From an uncultured delta proteobacterium (GTDB taxonomy: Bacteria; Desulfobacterota; Binatia; UBA9968), in assembly GCA_963727625.1 (NCBI GenBank), contig CAVSHR010000012.1, forward strand, positions 64,001 through 128,000: a DNA stretch of 64,000 nt, written 5' to 3'. Each line of letters begins with the position of its first letter. Position 1 is the first letter of the stretch. Shown here one piece after another: positions 21,012-32,382 of this stretch. A program made the position numbers and the translations under genes. The notes beneath the pieces are model-generated. The model had not been told where the DNA came from and made no database searches. It saw nothing but the letters and a program-made list of their open reading frames with translations.

Positions 21012-21109
21012 AGGTGAGCCAATGAGAGCCGGTGAATTCGAGAATCGAAATTTATAAACAGCCGCTCTCGAACAGCGCTCATCCATCATCGACGATCATC
21101 ATTAAAAAC

Positions 21110-22000
21110 ATGGCCGACGCCGACAAAAATTATTTCGATCCCAAGGTTCTCGCGGGGATTTCAAACCTTTATCTGCGCGCCCGCTGGGTGGTTGAAGGGA
21201 TGATGTCGGGCATCCATAGAAGCCGCGCCAAAGGTTTCAGCGTCGAGTTCGAAGAACACCGCGAGTATTCGCCGGGCGACGAAATCCGCCGCATCGACTG
21301 GAAGGCGCTGGGCAAGTTCGACCGCTATTTCATCAAAGAGTACGAAGACGAAACCAACCTGCGCGCTTTCCTGTTGCTCGACGCCAGCGCGTCGATGAAC
21401 TACGCCTCAAACGGGGTTACGAAATTCGATTACGCCTGCACGCTGACGGCGTCGCTCGCCTATCTGATTCTCAGGCAGCAAGACGCGGCCGGCGTGGTGA
21501 TCTTCTCCGATCGCATTGACACTTTCATTCCGCCGCGCGCCAAGCGCGATTATCTGATGCAGATCCTTCACGCCCTGGAGAAGCGCCACCCCGGCGGTGA
21601 AACCAACGTAGGCAAAATTCTCGACGACATCGCCGGCCAGGTCAAACGGCGCGGCCTGATCGTTTTGGTCTCTGATCTGCTCGACGAGCCGGCGGAGATT
21701 CTCAAGGGCCTGCGCCAGTTTCGCTTTAAAGGCAACGACGTGATCGTCTTTCACCTGCTCGATCCGGCGGAGCTCAACTTGCCCTTTGACGGCAATATTT
21801 TGTTCGAAGATCTGGAAGCGGCAAGTTTACAGGTCGTCACCGACCCGCGCGCGATCCGCGCAACCTACCAGCAGGTGGTGCAGGAGTTCATCACCGACAT
21901 GCGCAAGCAATGTCATGACGACGCCATCGATTATCAATTGATCTCGACAGCGACACCGTTGGACCAGGCCCTGGCGAGCTATTTAAGCTGGAGAGGCTGA
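21110..22000 (+). CDS. DUF58 (VWA-like) MoxR-associated protein
   Basis: GFSVEFEEHREYSPGDEIRRIDWK, LDASASM, VSDL. Confidence 0.92.
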   Translation: MADADKNYFDPKVLAGISNLYLRARWVVEGMMSGIHRSRAKGFSVEFEEHREYSPGDEIRRIDWKALGKFDRYFIKEYEDETNLRAFLLLDASASMNYASNGVTKFDYACTLTASLAYLILRQQDAAGVVIFSDRIDTFIPPRAKRDYLMQILHALEKRHPGGETNVGKILDDIAGQVKRRGLIVLVSDLLDEPAEILKGLRQFRFKGNDVIVFHLLDPAELNLPFDGNILFEDLEAASLQVVTDPRAIRATYQQVVQEFITDMRKQCHDDAIDYQLISTATPLDQALASYLSWRG

Positions 22001-22005
22001 GGCGC

Positions 22006-24102
22006 ATGTCGGTTTTTTTTCTCTATCCGGCGTTTCTGTTCGGCCTGCTCGCGGCGTCGCTGCCGGTATTGATACACCTTTTGAATCGACGCCGGCTGCA
22101 GCGCATTCGCTTTCCCGCGGTACGCTTCATCCTGCTGTCGCAAAAGCGCATTTCGCGCAGCTACCGTCTGCGTCACTGGTTGCTGCTAGCGCTCCGCACC
22201 CTGGCGGTCATTCTGCTCGTGCTGTTGCTCGCCAATCCGATTTTTCAAACCGGTGCCGGACTATTCGCAGGCAGCGGTTCAGTCTCGGCGGTGCTCTTGT
22301 TGGACAATTCGTTGAGCATGACCTGGAGCGGCGACGGCAACGGCTTTAAACAGGCCAAGGACGCCGCCCGGTTGTTGATCTCCGCGCTCGATGAAGGCGA
22401 TCGCGCCGCGCTTTTGCCGACCAATATCAGCGGCAAAGAAGTGTTTCGACTCAAGAGCCAGAAAAACGTACTGTCGCGCGAGCTCGACGCGATCGAGATC
22501 GCCGACGGCACGGCCGATTGGCCGGCCGCCCTCGACAAAGCCTACGAATTGTTAAGTGCGCCGGCCGGACAAAAAGAAATTCGCTTGATCACCGATATGG
22601 GGCTTACCGGCTGGGATCAATTTTCCGTGGCAGCGCTCAAACGGGTCGATCCGTCGATCCCGATCAAATTGCTCCGCGTCGGCCGCAAACAGAAACCGCT
22701 CAACGGCAGTATCAAGGAAATCCGCCTAGCCGGCCAGGGCGTCGGCGTTGACATTCCGCTCCGAATTGAAGCGAGTTTGAGCAATTTTGCCGACCAGGAA
22801 ATCAAGGATATTTTGGTGCAGCTAAATATCGACGGCCAGAGCAAGGAACAAAAACTCGCCACGGTGCCGCCCAAAGGGGAGACCACGGTGAATTTTCAGA
22901 CCCGCGTGAGCCAAGCGGGCGCACATAGGGGTGCGGTGATTCTCAAGAAAAACGGGCTCGCCGGCAATCGAGTTGCCAATTTCACTCTCGACGCCCAAGA
23001 CAAACTTAAAGTGCTGGTCGTCGACGGCGATCCGCAGACTGCGCTAGTGCAGAGCGAGAGTTTTTTTCTGAGCCGCGCGCTCAATCCCTCGGGCGAGCGC
23101 GACTCGTCGCTTTTTCTGCCCACGGTGATCGTCCCCGACGGCCTCAACGCAGCCGCGCTGGATCCCTACCAAGTGGTATTTTTATGCAATGTCGCTACCC
23201 TGCCGGACGCTTTCGTCGCCAAGCTGCAAATCTTCGTGCGCCAGGGCGGCGGTTTGCTCATCTACGGCGGCGATAAGCTGCAAGCCGGGAGCTACAATCA
23301 GAAATTGGCGCAGATTGTACCCGCCGAGCTGCGCGAGAAAAAAACCGGCCCGGAAGCCAACGGCGAAAAGGTCGCCAAACTCGATGTCACCCATCCGGCG
23401 CTGCAGATTTTTAGCGATCCGATTTTGCTCGAATCGCTCAAGTCCGCGCGGGTCTGGGGCTACACGCGCGCAGTCGCCCGCGGCAGAGCGCCTCTCATGG
23501 CGCTTGCCAACGGCGACCCGCTGCTGCTCGAACAGAGCGTCGGCAGCGGTAAAGTGATGCTGATCACCACCACGGCCGACCGCGATTGGACCGATTTGCC
23601 GTTGAAAACCGTCTATCTGCCGTTGCTGCAATCGCTCACGCAGTATCTTGCCGGCGGCAAGCGCGGCCGCTTAGACCCTGGTATTGTCGTCGGCACGGCG
23701 AAAGAAATCGCCCTGCCGCCGGCGTTGGTCGGCAAAACCTTGCGGGTGATCAAACCGAACAAGCAAGCCAGCGAAGTGCCGATCGTCGGCGTGAAAGAGC
23801 GCGCCGTCGCAACCATCACCGACAACGATCGCGCCGGCATCTATCGACTGGCATTTCCCGCCGGGGGCGAAAAGGACACGGCGGTAACGCCGCTTTACGC
23901 CGCCAATTCGCCGTTTCTTGAATCCCGCCTGGAGGAGATCGGCGAACGGGCGTTGCAAGCCAAGCTGGCGCCGATCCGCGCCGAAGTCATTCCCGTCGAG
24001 GCGATCAAGGAAGGCGGCAAGCGCACCGATCTGGCGCTTCCCCTGCTCGCGATGCTGATTGTAACTCTGCTGCTCGAAGGCTGGTTGGGTCAAAGATTTT
24101 AG
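22006..24102 (+). CDS. BatA-domain / VWA membrane protein
   Basis: LPVLIHLLNRRR...FPAVRF (BatA), LDNSLSM MIDAS motif, C-terminal TM. Confidence 0.85.
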   Translation: MSVFFLYPAFLFGLLAASLPVLIHLLNRRRLQRIRFPAVRFILLSQKRISRSYRLRHWLLLALRTLAVILLVLLLANPIFQTGAGLFAGSGSVSAVLLLDNSLSMTWSGDGNGFKQAKDAARLLISALDEGDRAALLPTNISGKEVFRLKSQKNVLSRELDAIEIADGTADWPAALDKAYELLSAPAGQKEIRLITDMGLTGWDQFSVAALKRVDPSIPIKLLRVGRKQKPLNGSIKEIRLAGQGVGVDIPLRIEASLSNFADQEIKDILVQLNIDGQSKEQKLATVPPKGETTVNFQTRVSQAGAHRGAVILKKNGLAGNRVANFTLDAQDKLKVLVVDGDPQTALVQSESFFLSRALNPSGERDSSLFLPTVIVPDGLNAAALDPYQVVFLCNVATLPDAFVAKLQIFVRQGGGLLIYGGDKLQAGSYNQKLAQIVPAELREKKTGPEANGEKVAKLDVTHPALQIFSDPILLESLKSARVWGYTRAVARGRAPLMALANGDPLLLEQSVGSGKVMLITTTADRDWTDLPLKTVYLPLLQSLTQYLAGGKRGRLDPGIVVGTAKEIALPPALVGKTLRVIKPNKQASEVPIVGVKERAVATITDNDRAGIYRLAFPAGGEKDTAVTPLYAANSPFLESRLEEIGERALQAKLAPIRAEVIPVEAIKEGGKRTDLALPLLAMLIVTLLLEGWLGQRF

Positions 24103-24186
24103 AAATTCAAAATTAAAAGTGAAAAATTTAAAAGACGAACATTTGCGAGCGCTTTTTAACTTTGAATTTTTAATCTTCAACTCTTT
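24103..24186. repeat. AT-rich 7-mer tandem/inverted repeat
   Basis: AATTCAA AATTAAA AGTGAAA AATTTAA ... TTTTAAC TTTGAAT TTTTAAT. Confidence 0.6.
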
Positions 24187-24957
24187 ATGAACCGTCGCAT
24201 TTTCATCCGGATGCTTGCTCAAGGCTTCCTCGGCACCACGTTGTTCCCGCGCGTCTCCAAAGCTGCCCAATCGAGTGACAATCGCCGGCTGCAGTTCGTT
24301 TTTGCCCAGATCAAATATCGCGGCGGCGATTGGAACCCGCATCCGCTTTCGGTGGCGCCGTTGATGGAAGAGCTTATGGCCCGGACCAGTGTCGAAGCCG
24401 CACCGGCCCGCCGGGAAGTGACTTTGACCGATCGCGACCTGTTCAACTATCCGTTTCTTTATCTCACAGGAAAATACGAGTTCGATCCGTTCAGCCCCGA
24501 AGAAATCGAAACCCTGCGCCGCTTTCTCTCTTACGGCGGTTTCCTGTTGATCGACGACGCGCTGGGCCAGCAGCGCTACGGCTTCGATAAGGCCGTGCGG
24601 CGCGAGATCCAGCGGGTCTTTCCGGGCAATGATTTCAAGCGCCTCCCGGCCGGCCATGCCGCCCTGCGCAGTTATTATTTGCTGCGCCGCATCGGCGGTC
24701 TGCGAATCGTCAGCCCGACGCTCGACGCTATCGCCGTCGGCAATTCCACGCCGGTTATTTATTGCCAAAACGATCTCGGCGGCGCCTGGGAGCGCGACCA
24801 GTCGGGACAATTTATCAACGCCTGCACTCCCGGCGGCGAAGCGCAGCGACGCGATGCTTTTCACCTGGGCATCAATCTCGTTCTCTACGCCATGACCGAG
24901 AACTACAAAGAAGATCTGATCCACGTTCCGTTCATTCGTAAAAGGCTCACCCGGTAA
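24187..24957 (+). CDS. DUF4159 domain protein with a Tat-like leader
   Basis: NRRIFI leader, YPFLYLTG, GGFLLIDD, NDLGGAW, GINLVLYAMTENYKEDLIH. Confidence 0.85.
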   Translation: MNRRIFIRMLAQGFLGTTLFPRVSKAAQSSDNRRLQFVFAQIKYRGGDWNPHPLSVAPLMEELMARTSVEAAPARREVTLTDRDLFNYPFLYLTGKYEFDPFSPEEIETLRRFLSYGGFLLIDDALGQQRYGFDKAVRREIQRVFPGNDFKRLPAGHAALRSYYLLRRIGGLRIVSPTLDAIAVGNSTPVIYCQNDLGGAWERDQSGQFINACTPGGEAQRRDAFHLGINLVLYAMTENYKEDLIHVPFIRKRLTR

Positions 24958-24960
24958 GTC

Positions 24961-27222
24961 ATGCAGGATCTCTATTTCATCGGCACGCTGCCCTGGTGGT
25001 TGATCGCCCTCGTCGCCATCGGCACCACGGCGTTGTTGGCCCAGCAGTTTCTCGGACTCAAGCGCCGCCTGCCGCTCAGTCAGAGTGGCGTGCTCACGCT
25101 CTTGCGCGCGCTTGTCTACGCCGGTCTGATTTTTTTCCTGCTCGGGCCGGCGCTGATCGACCGGCGCACGACCAAGTTGCGCCGGCCGTTGACCGTGCTC
25201 ATCGACAGCTCGCAGAGCATGGCGTTTCCGGCGAAATCCAAAACCGCGCCCCGGGAAAAAACGCCGATGAGCCGGCTCGACGCCGTGCGCGAAAAACTTA
25301 CCGCCGGGAAAGAGCCGCTGATCGAAAAGCTCAATCGCGACTACGATCTGCGCCTGATTCGCTTCGGCACCAGCTTGGAGCCCATCGCCCCGGGAAGCTT
25401 GGCCGGCCTGCAGCCGCAGGATCCGGGAACCCGGCTGCTCGAGCTGCTGCAAAGCGCCGCGCGCGACGGCAGTGCTCAATCCGCCGTCGTCGTGTTTACC
25501 GACGGCATCACTAACGGCGACCAGAAATCCCTCGCCGGCATGGCGCCGCTGCCTGTGCCGGTGTTCGCGGTCGGCGTCGGCGAGACCGAAGGCTTCATCG
25601 ACGTGCGCATCGCCAAGCTCGGCGCGCCTGAGTTTGCTTTCCGCAGCCGCGAATTCAAAATCGATTTGACGATCCGGGCGTCCGGCATGAAAGGCAAAAC
25701 CGTCCCGCTGTTATTCAATCGCGGCAAAAACCTAATTACCTCCCGGCCGATCGCCATCGATGCCGACGTATTCGAACACAAATTGACCCTCTCCTTCACG
25801 CCGAAAGAGCTCGGCACCTACAGTTTTTCAGTCGGCATTCCGGCGCAATCCGGCGAGCAAATCACCCAGAACAACCAGAAAGCGTTCAAGGTCGAGGTGC
25901 AACGGGACAAAATCCGCGTGCTGACTTTGTCCGGCTCGCCGTCCTGGAACTACCGCTTTCTGCGCATGGCGATGAAACAGGACCCGCTGATCGAGCTGGT
26001 GTCGTTTGTATTCTTGCGCACGCCCACCGACACGGTGGACGTGCCGGAGAACCAACTCAGCCTGATTCCCTTTCCCATCGACGATATCTTTCTCGAGGAG
26101 TTGAAGAACTTCGACGTGATTTTCTTCGACGATTTTTCCCATCGCGCTTATTTTAACCCGGTGTATCTCGAGCGGGTCAGAGACTTCGTGCGCGATGGCG
26201 GCGGGCTCGCCATGCTCGGCGGCACGCGCGGTTTCGACAGCGGCGGCTACGCCGACAGTGCGTTGAAGGAAGTGCTGCCGGTCGAATTGGACGGCAAAGG
26301 GAGCTTCGAGACGCGCACGCCGTTACACGCGGTATTGACCCCCGCCGGTAAGGCCCATCCGATCACCCGCCTGCTAGCAGATCCCAAGGCGAACGAGGAG
26401 GCCTGGCGCAAGCTGCCTGCGCTGACAGGGATGAACCGGGTGCGCGGCGTGCGCGGCGAAACCCTGCTCACGGTCGGTGGCTCGGACGCCTCGAGCAACG
26501 CGCCGCTGCTTGCTGTCGGCCGCTTCGGCAAGGGCAGAACGCTGGCCTTGATGACGGATGACTCCTGGCGTTGGAACTTCATCGCCGTCGGCAACAAGGA
26601 AACCCCGCAGCATCATTTGAAGCTCATGCGCCAGGCGGTGCGCTGGCTCGCCCAGGAGCCGTCCTTCGAACAGGTGCGGTTGCAACCGGTCGCCCATGCC
26701 CAACCAGGCGAAAAGGTCGCCCTCAAGCTGCGTGTGTTGAAAGACGATTTCACTCCGACGCGCCAGGCTTCGGTGCAACTTCGCGTCTTCACTCCCGAGG
26801 GCGAGCCCATTCCCGTTCCTGCCGGTGCCGATGCCGAAGAGGGCGATTACAGCGGCGAATTCACGCCCACGCGGGAAGGCAGCTACCGCGTGGAAGCGGA
26901 AGCCAGTCTAGGCGGCAAAGTGCTGGGTAAAGATAGAACCAGTTTCACCGCCGCCTATTTCTACGGAGAAGCCGACGATGGCCGGCCGCATCTCGACCTG
27001 CTCAAGCAAATCGCCGAGTCGAGCAAAGGCGAATACATCCCGATCGCCGAATGGAACGAAAAGTCGCTGGAGAAAATCGCCGCGCGATTGGAAAGCGTTG
27101 CGCCTTCCGACATCGTCGAGCAACGTCAAACCCGGTTGTGGAACAATTTCTGGCCGTTCGCGATCATCCTCGCGTTGCTCAGCGTCGAATGGTGGATGAG
27201 AAGGAAGTGGGGGCTGATTTAG
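24961..27222 (+). CDS. Membrane protein with VWA and GATase1-like domains
   Basis: IDSSQSM, VFTDG, GGGLAMLGG, GKGRTLAL...WRW, C-terminal EWWMRRKWGL. Confidence 0.82.
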   Translation: MQDLYFIGTLPWWLIALVAIGTTALLAQQFLGLKRRLPLSQSGVLTLLRALVYAGLIFFLLGPALIDRRTTKLRRPLTVLIDSSQSMAFPAKSKTAPREKTPMSRLDAVREKLTAGKEPLIEKLNRDYDLRLIRFGTSLEPIAPGSLAGLQPQDPGTRLLELLQSAARDGSAQSAVVVFTDGITNGDQKSLAGMAPLPVPVFAVGVGETEGFIDVRIAKLGAPEFAFRSREFKIDLTIRASGMKGKTVPLLFNRGKNLITSRPIAIDADVFEHKLTLSFTPKELGTYSFSVGIPAQSGEQITQNNQKAFKVEVQRDKIRVLTLSGSPSWNYRFLRMAMKQDPLIELVSFVFLRTPTDTVDVPENQLSLIPFPIDDIFLEELKNFDVIFFDDFSHRAYFNPVYLERVRDFVRDGGGLAMLGGTRGFDSGGYADSALKEVLPVELDGKGSFETRTPLHAVLTPAGKAHPITRLLADPKANEEAWRKLPALTGMNRVRGVRGETLLTVGGSDASSNAPLLAVGRFGKGRTLALMTDDSWRWNFIAVGNKETPQHHLKLMRQAVRWLAQEPSFEQVRLQPVAHAQPGEKVALKLRVLKDDFTPTRQASVQLRVFTPEGEPIPVPAGADAEEGDYSGEFTPTREGSYRVEAEASLGGKVLGKDRTSFTAAYFYGEADDGRPHLDLLKQIAESSKGEYIPIAEWNEKSLEKIAARLESVAPSDIVEQRQTRLWNNFWPFAIILALLSVEWWMRRKWGLI

Positions 27223-27311
27223 TCACGAGTGACGAGTGCTGAGACTGAGTTAGGAATTTTCGGATTTTCAATTCATAATTTCGCCAAAACTGAAGCCATA
27301 GACAAAAGTCC

Positions 27312-28121
27312 ATGATCGTGCCGAGCAATCGACGCATAGTCATTCGAATGAAATGGCTAGTTGTCGCGATGTTGATCGTAACGCCGCGGCTTGCGTGGAG
27401 CTTCTGCCACGAGCTCGACGTTGTTCAAGGCAAGATTTTCCGTGCCGCCGCCGGACCGGCGCCGGCGGTGGCCATCGAGTGGTTCGGCCACTCGACTTTT
27501 CAAATCACGTCGTCAAAGGGCACGCGGGTGCTCACCGATCCGCACGGTGCGTTCGACCTGCCCCACCCCACTTTGCCGCAACATATTGTCACCACGAGCC
27601 ACCAGCACGGCCCGCACAGCGCCGTCGAAATGGCGCTGGGCACGCCGGCCATTTTGCACGGCCTCACGCCGAGCGGGGATAACTGGAAAAAAATCTCAAC
27701 GACGATCCGCGACGTTTCGGTTTACGTCGTGCCGGCGTACCATGACAAGAGCCACGGCCTGCAGCGCGGCAAGAATGCGATCTTTGTTTTTCGCATCGAC
27801 GATATCTGCATCGCTCATCTGGGCGACCTCGGCCACCTGCTTACGCCCGATCAGCTCAAGATGATGGGCAAGATCGATATTTTGCTTGTGCCCATCGCCG
27901 GCGGCTATTACACCGTCACGCCGGCCGAAGCGCGCGAAGTCACCAAGCAGGTCAATCCCAAGATCGCCATCCCGATGCATTTTTGGTGGGAGCAGGCCGT
28001 GCAGCAGTACACCCAAGGCATGACCAGAGTCAAAATGCTCAGCACGCCGGTGCTAAAAATCTCCAAGCCGGAATTGCCAAAACCGATCGAGACGATCGTG
28101 TTGCCCTGGGGGCAACGGTAA
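27312..28121 (+). CDS. Metallo-beta-lactamase-fold hydrolase, probably exported
   Basis: WFGHSTF, LTDP, SHQHGPH, AYHD, AHLGDLGH, IPMHF; start may be 27348. Confidence 0.82.
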   Translation: MIVPSNRRIVIRMKWLVVAMLIVTPRLAWSFCHELDVVQGKIFRAAAGPAPAVAIEWFGHSTFQITSSKGTRVLTDPHGAFDLPHPTLPQHIVTTSHQHGPHSAVEMALGTPAILHGLTPSGDNWKKISTTIRDVSVYVVPAYHDKSHGLQRGKNAIFVFRIDDICIAHLGDLGHLLTPDQLKMMGKIDILLVPIAGGYYTVTPAEAREVTKQVNPKIAIPMHFWWEQAVQQYTQGMTRVKMLSTPVLKISKPELPKPIETIVLPWGQR

Positions 28122-28268
28122 ATGTTTTCGCGGATCTGAAGATTCGCGCGGCGGAAACACCTCGCGCCCAGAACCGAGGGCTCCAACGCTTGCGAGCAAG
28201 TGAAATTTAAATTTAAAGAAGCCGGCTCCCCTATTCTGGTTCCGACCTCGCGGTTCCAGGGCGTCAGT

Positions 28269-28289
28269 GTTCGCCCAATTTGCGTGTTC
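28269..28289 (+). repeat. Left copy of a 21-bp imperfect direct repeat (partner at 39901..39921)
   Basis: GTTCGCCCAATTTGCGTGTTC vs GTTCCCGCAATTTGCGTGTTC, 19/21 identical. Confidence 0.5.
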
Positions 28290-28457
28290 ATTGGAAATGA
28301 ACAAACGTATTTCAGTGAACAATCGAGGGCGTTTCGACGGCGATGTGAAGGTTCTGGCTTCGACGGGCGAATGATTGCGAGCGTGGAGCGGCCCGAAACG
28401 CGATGATTGTTAGGAAAGCAAGGCCGGCCTTAATATGCCCCCTCGGCAGTGGAGCAC

Positions 28458-28787
28458 CTACGATAAATCTTTTGTCTTCTGCTCGAACTCCTCTTTATTG
28501 ATCTCACCGCGCGCGTAGCGCTCGCGCAAGATCGTCAATGCCGAATCCGGCCGCGACGATCGTCCCTTAAACAGTAACCAGCGGAGACCCACAACAAAGC
28601 CGACGATTACCAGTACCCAGAACAACAACATCATCAGCATCATGCCGATCGCCCAGGCTCCCGACCACATCGGATGCATCTCCCAATGCCACTCGTAAAA
28701 GCGCGCCTGGGCAAAAACCGGGAATGCTTGGGCAAGCATACTCATCGGTAACAGAAATACCCACATTAGCTTATTCATGTTTTTCAT
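28458..28787 (-). CDS. SHOCT domain membrane protein
   Basis: TM helix followed by SALTILRERYARGEINKEEFEQ. Confidence 0.85.
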   Translation of the reverse strand: MKNMNKLMWVFLLPMSMLAQAFPVFAQARFYEWHWEMHPMWSGAWAIGMMLMMLLFWVLVIVGFVVGLRWLLFKGRSSRPDSALTILRERYARGEINKEEFEQKTKDLS

Positions 28788-29027
28788 CGCCTCGTTTCGA
28801 TGCTTAGCCGGGCCAATCTATCAGAACCAGGTTGCTCAGGGTGAGCACATTGGACCGGCCACGAGCACGGCCGATACTCCAGCGCGAACAGGTTCGGCGC
28901 CAACCGAATCGGCCAACCATGGTATTCGGTTGGATTCATACTTCGGAAAACCTCGTCAATGAATCAAGGCCGAACCCTGGCACGCCGTGGCTAATCGGTG
29001 ACTATCAGGCACGGTAGCTGAGATTCT

Positions 29028-29168
29028 TCACCAAAGCTGCGGCCAAGACAAAAAGACGAGGGGGATGATAACCGCAACCAGCGGGCTAGCTGAAATTCCG
29101 GTAAGAACCCCTAACGTCAGGGCTAACAAAAAAGTCCCAAAGTAAAACCATAAAAACTGCGTGCGCAT
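29028..29168 (-). CDS. Small hydrophobic ORF (46 aa), possibly a truncated 2-TM protein
   Basis: GGAGG RBS; MRTQFLWFYFGTFLLALTLGVLTGISASPLVAVIIPLVFLSWPQLW; below the ORF-track cutoff. Confidence 0.5.
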   Translation of the reverse strand: MRTQFLWFYFGTFLLALTLGVLTGISASPLVAVIIPLVFLSWPQLW

Positions 29169-29238
29169 ACGAACCTCCAGTGCGTCCTATGCTTGCATTG
29201 CCGCCAGTCTTACCCGTCTTTCCTCAAGCAATTGGTAT

Positions 29239-32200
29239 TCACGCCGCCGCCCATATCTCAGACAGCAGCTCCGCCTGCTCCAGCACCGTCTGGGTGGCCT
29301 TTTCCTGTTTGTCTGGCGGATAACCGTATTTGCGCAGGATACGCTTGACGATGACGCGGAGCTGGGCGCGGACGTTTTCGCGAACCGTCCAGTCGATTGT
29401 CACATTCTTTTTTACTGTCTCGACCAACTCGCGAGCGATTTTAACCAGCGTCGGTTCGCCGAGCACCTTGACCGCACTGTCGTTGACCTCCAGGGCGTCG
29501 TAAAAAGCCAGCTCGTCTTCACTCAGATGCAGCTCTTCACCGCGCGCATTTGCTTTGCGCATGTCTTTGGCGAGCTGAATCAGCTCCTCGATCACCTGGG
29601 CAGTCTCGATGGCGCGGTTTTGGTACTTGCGCACCGCTTGTTCGAGAAGCTCGGCAAAGGAGCGTGCTTGGACGACGTTGCGCCGAGCACGAGTTTTGAT
29701 CTCGCCCGATAAAAGTTTACGCAGTAGTTCCACCGCCAGATTTCGCTGCGGCATGCTGTGCACCTCGGCGAGAAACTCATCGGAGAGGATCGAGATATCC
29801 GGTTTCTTGAGACCGGCAGTGGCAAAGATATCCACCACTTCGTCGGATGCGACCGCCTTGGAGATGATTTGGCGAATGGCGTGATCGAGTTCTTCGTCGG
29901 TCTTGCGGTCACCCGGCGTGCCCTTGGCCAACACCGCCCGAACCGCCTGAAAGAACCCAACGTCGTCACGAATGCGCAGCGCCTTCTCACGCGGCACCGC
30001 CAGCGCGAAGGCGCTGGAAAGGTCCGTGACGGCCCGCAACAGACGAGCCTTGCCGTCGTTAAGTGCCAGGATATGCTCTTGCGCGGCCGGCAGCACCGAC
30101 AGGCGCTCCTGCGGTTTGCCGGTGATCCAATGCGACCAATCGAAGCCGTGAAAAAGACCGCGGCAAATCTCGTAGTGCTTCATCAGAGCCGCCACAGCCT
30201 CGTCCTGATCGAGCGCGGTCTTACCGGTGCCGCCGCTTTCGGTGTAGGTCACCAGCGCCTTCTTGAGTTCGTCGGCGAGGCCGAGGTAGTCGACGACCAA
30301 ACCGCCCGGCTTGTCTTTGAAGACCCGGTTCACGCGCGCGATGGCTTGCATGAGACCGTGACCGCGCATCGGCTTGTCGACATACATGGTGTGCAGGCTC
30401 GGCGCATCGAAGCCGGTGAGCCACATATCGCGCACGATGACGATCTTGAAGGGATCTTTCGGGTCGCGAAACCGGAGCGCCATGTCTTCGCGCCGCTTCT
30501 TGTTCCTGATATGTCCCTGCCAGTCCAGCGGATCGGCGGCGGCTCCGGTCATAATCACCTTCATTGAGCCGGTTTCATCCGACTCACCGTGCCACTCCGG
30601 CCGCAGTGCCGCGATCTCGCGGTACAGCTCCACGCAGATGCGCCGGCTCATACAAACGATCATCGCCTTGCCGTCCATCGTCGCCAGGCGGTTCTCGAAG
30701 TGCTCCACCAGGTCGCGGGCGATGAGCTTGAGGCGATTTTCCGAGCCGACCACGGCTTCCAGTTGTGCCCACTTGGTCTTGAGCTTCTCTTTGCGCTCGA
30801 CTTCTTCGCCCTCGGTGACCTCTTCGAACTCGGGGTCGATTTTGGGACGTTCGGATTCTTTTAGTTGGAGTTTGGCGAGCCGGCTCTCGTAGTAGATCGG
30901 CACCGTGGCGCCGTCGACCACCGCCCGCTGGATGTCGTAGACGCTGATGTACTCGCCGAAGACCGCGCGGGTGTTGGCGTCGGTCTTCTCGATGGGCGTG
31001 CCGGTGAAACCTATAAACGACGCATTCGGCAGGGCATCGCGCATGTGTCGTGCAAAGCCGTCGATGAAGTCGTACTGGCTGCGATGCGCCTCGTCGGCAA
31101 TCACGACGATATTGCGCCGGTTTGAGACCACCGGATGGCGGTCGCCTTTCTCCTCGGGGAAGAATTTTTGGATCGTTGTGAAGACCACGCCCCCCGAGGC
31201 TACCTTCAGTTTCTCGCGCAGGTCGGCGCGGTCCGCCGCCTGTACCGGTGGCTGGCGGAGCAGTTCCTGACAGCGGGCGAAGGTGCCGAAAAGTTGATCG
31301 TCGAGGTCGTTGCGGTCGGTGAGCACGACGATAGTCGGGTTCTCCATCGCCGGGTGCAGGATCACGCGGCCTGCGTAGAAGGCCATCGTCAGGCTCTTAC
31401 CGGAACCCTGGGTGTGCCAGACTACGCCGACGCGCCGATCGCCGGGATCGCCTCCAGGTCGTCTCCCGGACTCGTATTTTCCCGGCGTCTCGCCCGATCG
31501 ATCCGCCGCGCTACGAGCCGCGCGCAGCGTCTCTTCCACAGCTACGTTGACCGCGTGGAACTGGTGGTAGCCCGCCATCTTCTTGGTGAGCTTGTCGCCG
31601 CCCTCGTCCTCGAACACGATGAAATGCCGCACCAGGTCGAGGAATCGACGCTTGTCGAATACGCCTTCGAGCACGACTTGCAGTTCGGCCAGGTTCGCCG
31701 CCGCATCCTCGCGTCCGCCAATCGTGCGCCAAGGTTTGAACCATTCCTTACCCGCACCGAGCGTGCCGATGCGCGCCTGCGTGCCGTCGGAGATAATCAG
31801 TGCCGCATTAGTCGTAAAGAGCGCAGGGATTTGAGCCTGATAGGTCTGGAGTTGCTGATACGCGCTCCAGATCGTCGCGTTCTCATCGGCCGGGTTCTTG
31901 AGTTCGATCACCGCCAGCGGCAGCCCGTTGACGAATAGCACAACGTCCGGCCGGCGCGTGTGCTGCCCCTCGGCCACGGTAAACTGATTGACGACCAGCC
32001 AGTCGTTGTTGTCGGGCTTGTCGAAGTCAATCACTTTCGCCTGCGCGCCTGCGATTGAGCCGTCTTTTCGGCGATACTCCACCGTCACTCCGTCCACGAG
32101 CATGCGGTGCACGGCGCGGTTGCGCTCTAACATAGACGGCGCCTCGGTGCGTGTTAGTTTGCGGTAGGCGTCTTCCAGCGCTTCCGCGGGGAGGTCAGGA

Positions 32201-32382
32201 TTGAGACGCACTAGCGCCTGGCGCAAGCGGCCTTCGAGAAAAACGTCGCGGTAGTTCGGATCGCTGCGCTCAGCGCCAAGCATACCGACCGCCAGGTCTG
32301 GGCCGTGCCGTACCGCGTAGCCGAGCGCTTCGAGCCAGGCGAGTGCGGCTTGCTCGACGACGGATTCGGTGAAGTTGCTCAT
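29239..32382 (-). CDS. hsdR: Type I restriction endonuclease subunit R
   Basis: [20 protein letters not shown] nuclease motif, [36 protein letters not shown]. Confidence 0.96.
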   Translation of the reverse strand: MSNFTESVVEQAALAWLEALGYAVRHGPDLAVGMLGAERSDPNYRDVFLEGRLRQALVRLNPDLPAEALEDAYRKLTRTEAPSMLERNRAVHRMLVDGVTVEYRRKDGSIAGAQAKVIDFDKPDNNDWLVVNQFTVAEGQHTRRPDVVLFVNGLPLAVIELKNPADENATIWSAYQQLQTYQAQIPALFTTNAALIISDGTQARIGTLGAGKEWFKPWRTIGGREDAAANLAELQVVLEGVFDKRRFLDLVRHFIVFEDEGGDKLTKKMAGYHQFHAVNVAVEETLRAARSAADRSGETPGKYESGRRPGGDPGDRRVGVVWHTQGSGKSLTMAFYAGRVILHPAMENPTIVVLTDRNDLDDQLFGTFARCQELLRQPPVQAADRADLREKLKVASGGVVFTTIQKFFPEEKGDRHPVVSNRRNIVVIADEAHRSQYDFIDGFARHMRDALPNASFIGFTGTPIEKTDANTRAVFGEYISVYDIQRAVVDGATVPIYYESRLAKLQLKESERPKIDPEFEEVTEGEEVERKEKLKTKWAQLEAVVGSENRLKLIARDLVEHFENRLATMDGKAMIVCMSRRICVELYREIAALRPEWHGESDETGSMKVIMTGAAADPLDWQGHIRNKKRREDMALRFRDPKDPFKIVIVRDMWLTGFDAPSLHTMYVDKPMRGHGLMQAIARVNRVFKDKPGGLVVDYLGLADELKKALVTYTESGGTGKTALDQDEAVAALMKHYEICRGLFHGFDWSHWITGKPQERLSVLPAAQEHILALNDGKARLLRAVTDLSSAFALAVPREKALRIRDDVGFFQAVRAVLAKGTPGDRKTDEELDHAIRQIISKAVASDEVVDIFATAGLKKPDISILSDEFLAEVHSMPQRNLAVELLRKLLSGEIKTRARRNVVQARSFAELLEQAVRKYQNRAIETAQVIEELIQLAKDMRKANARGEELHLSEDELAFYDALEVNDSAVKVLGEPTLVKIARELVETVKKNVTIDWTVRENVRAQLRVIVKRILRKYGYPPDKQEKATQTVLEQAELLSEIWAAA

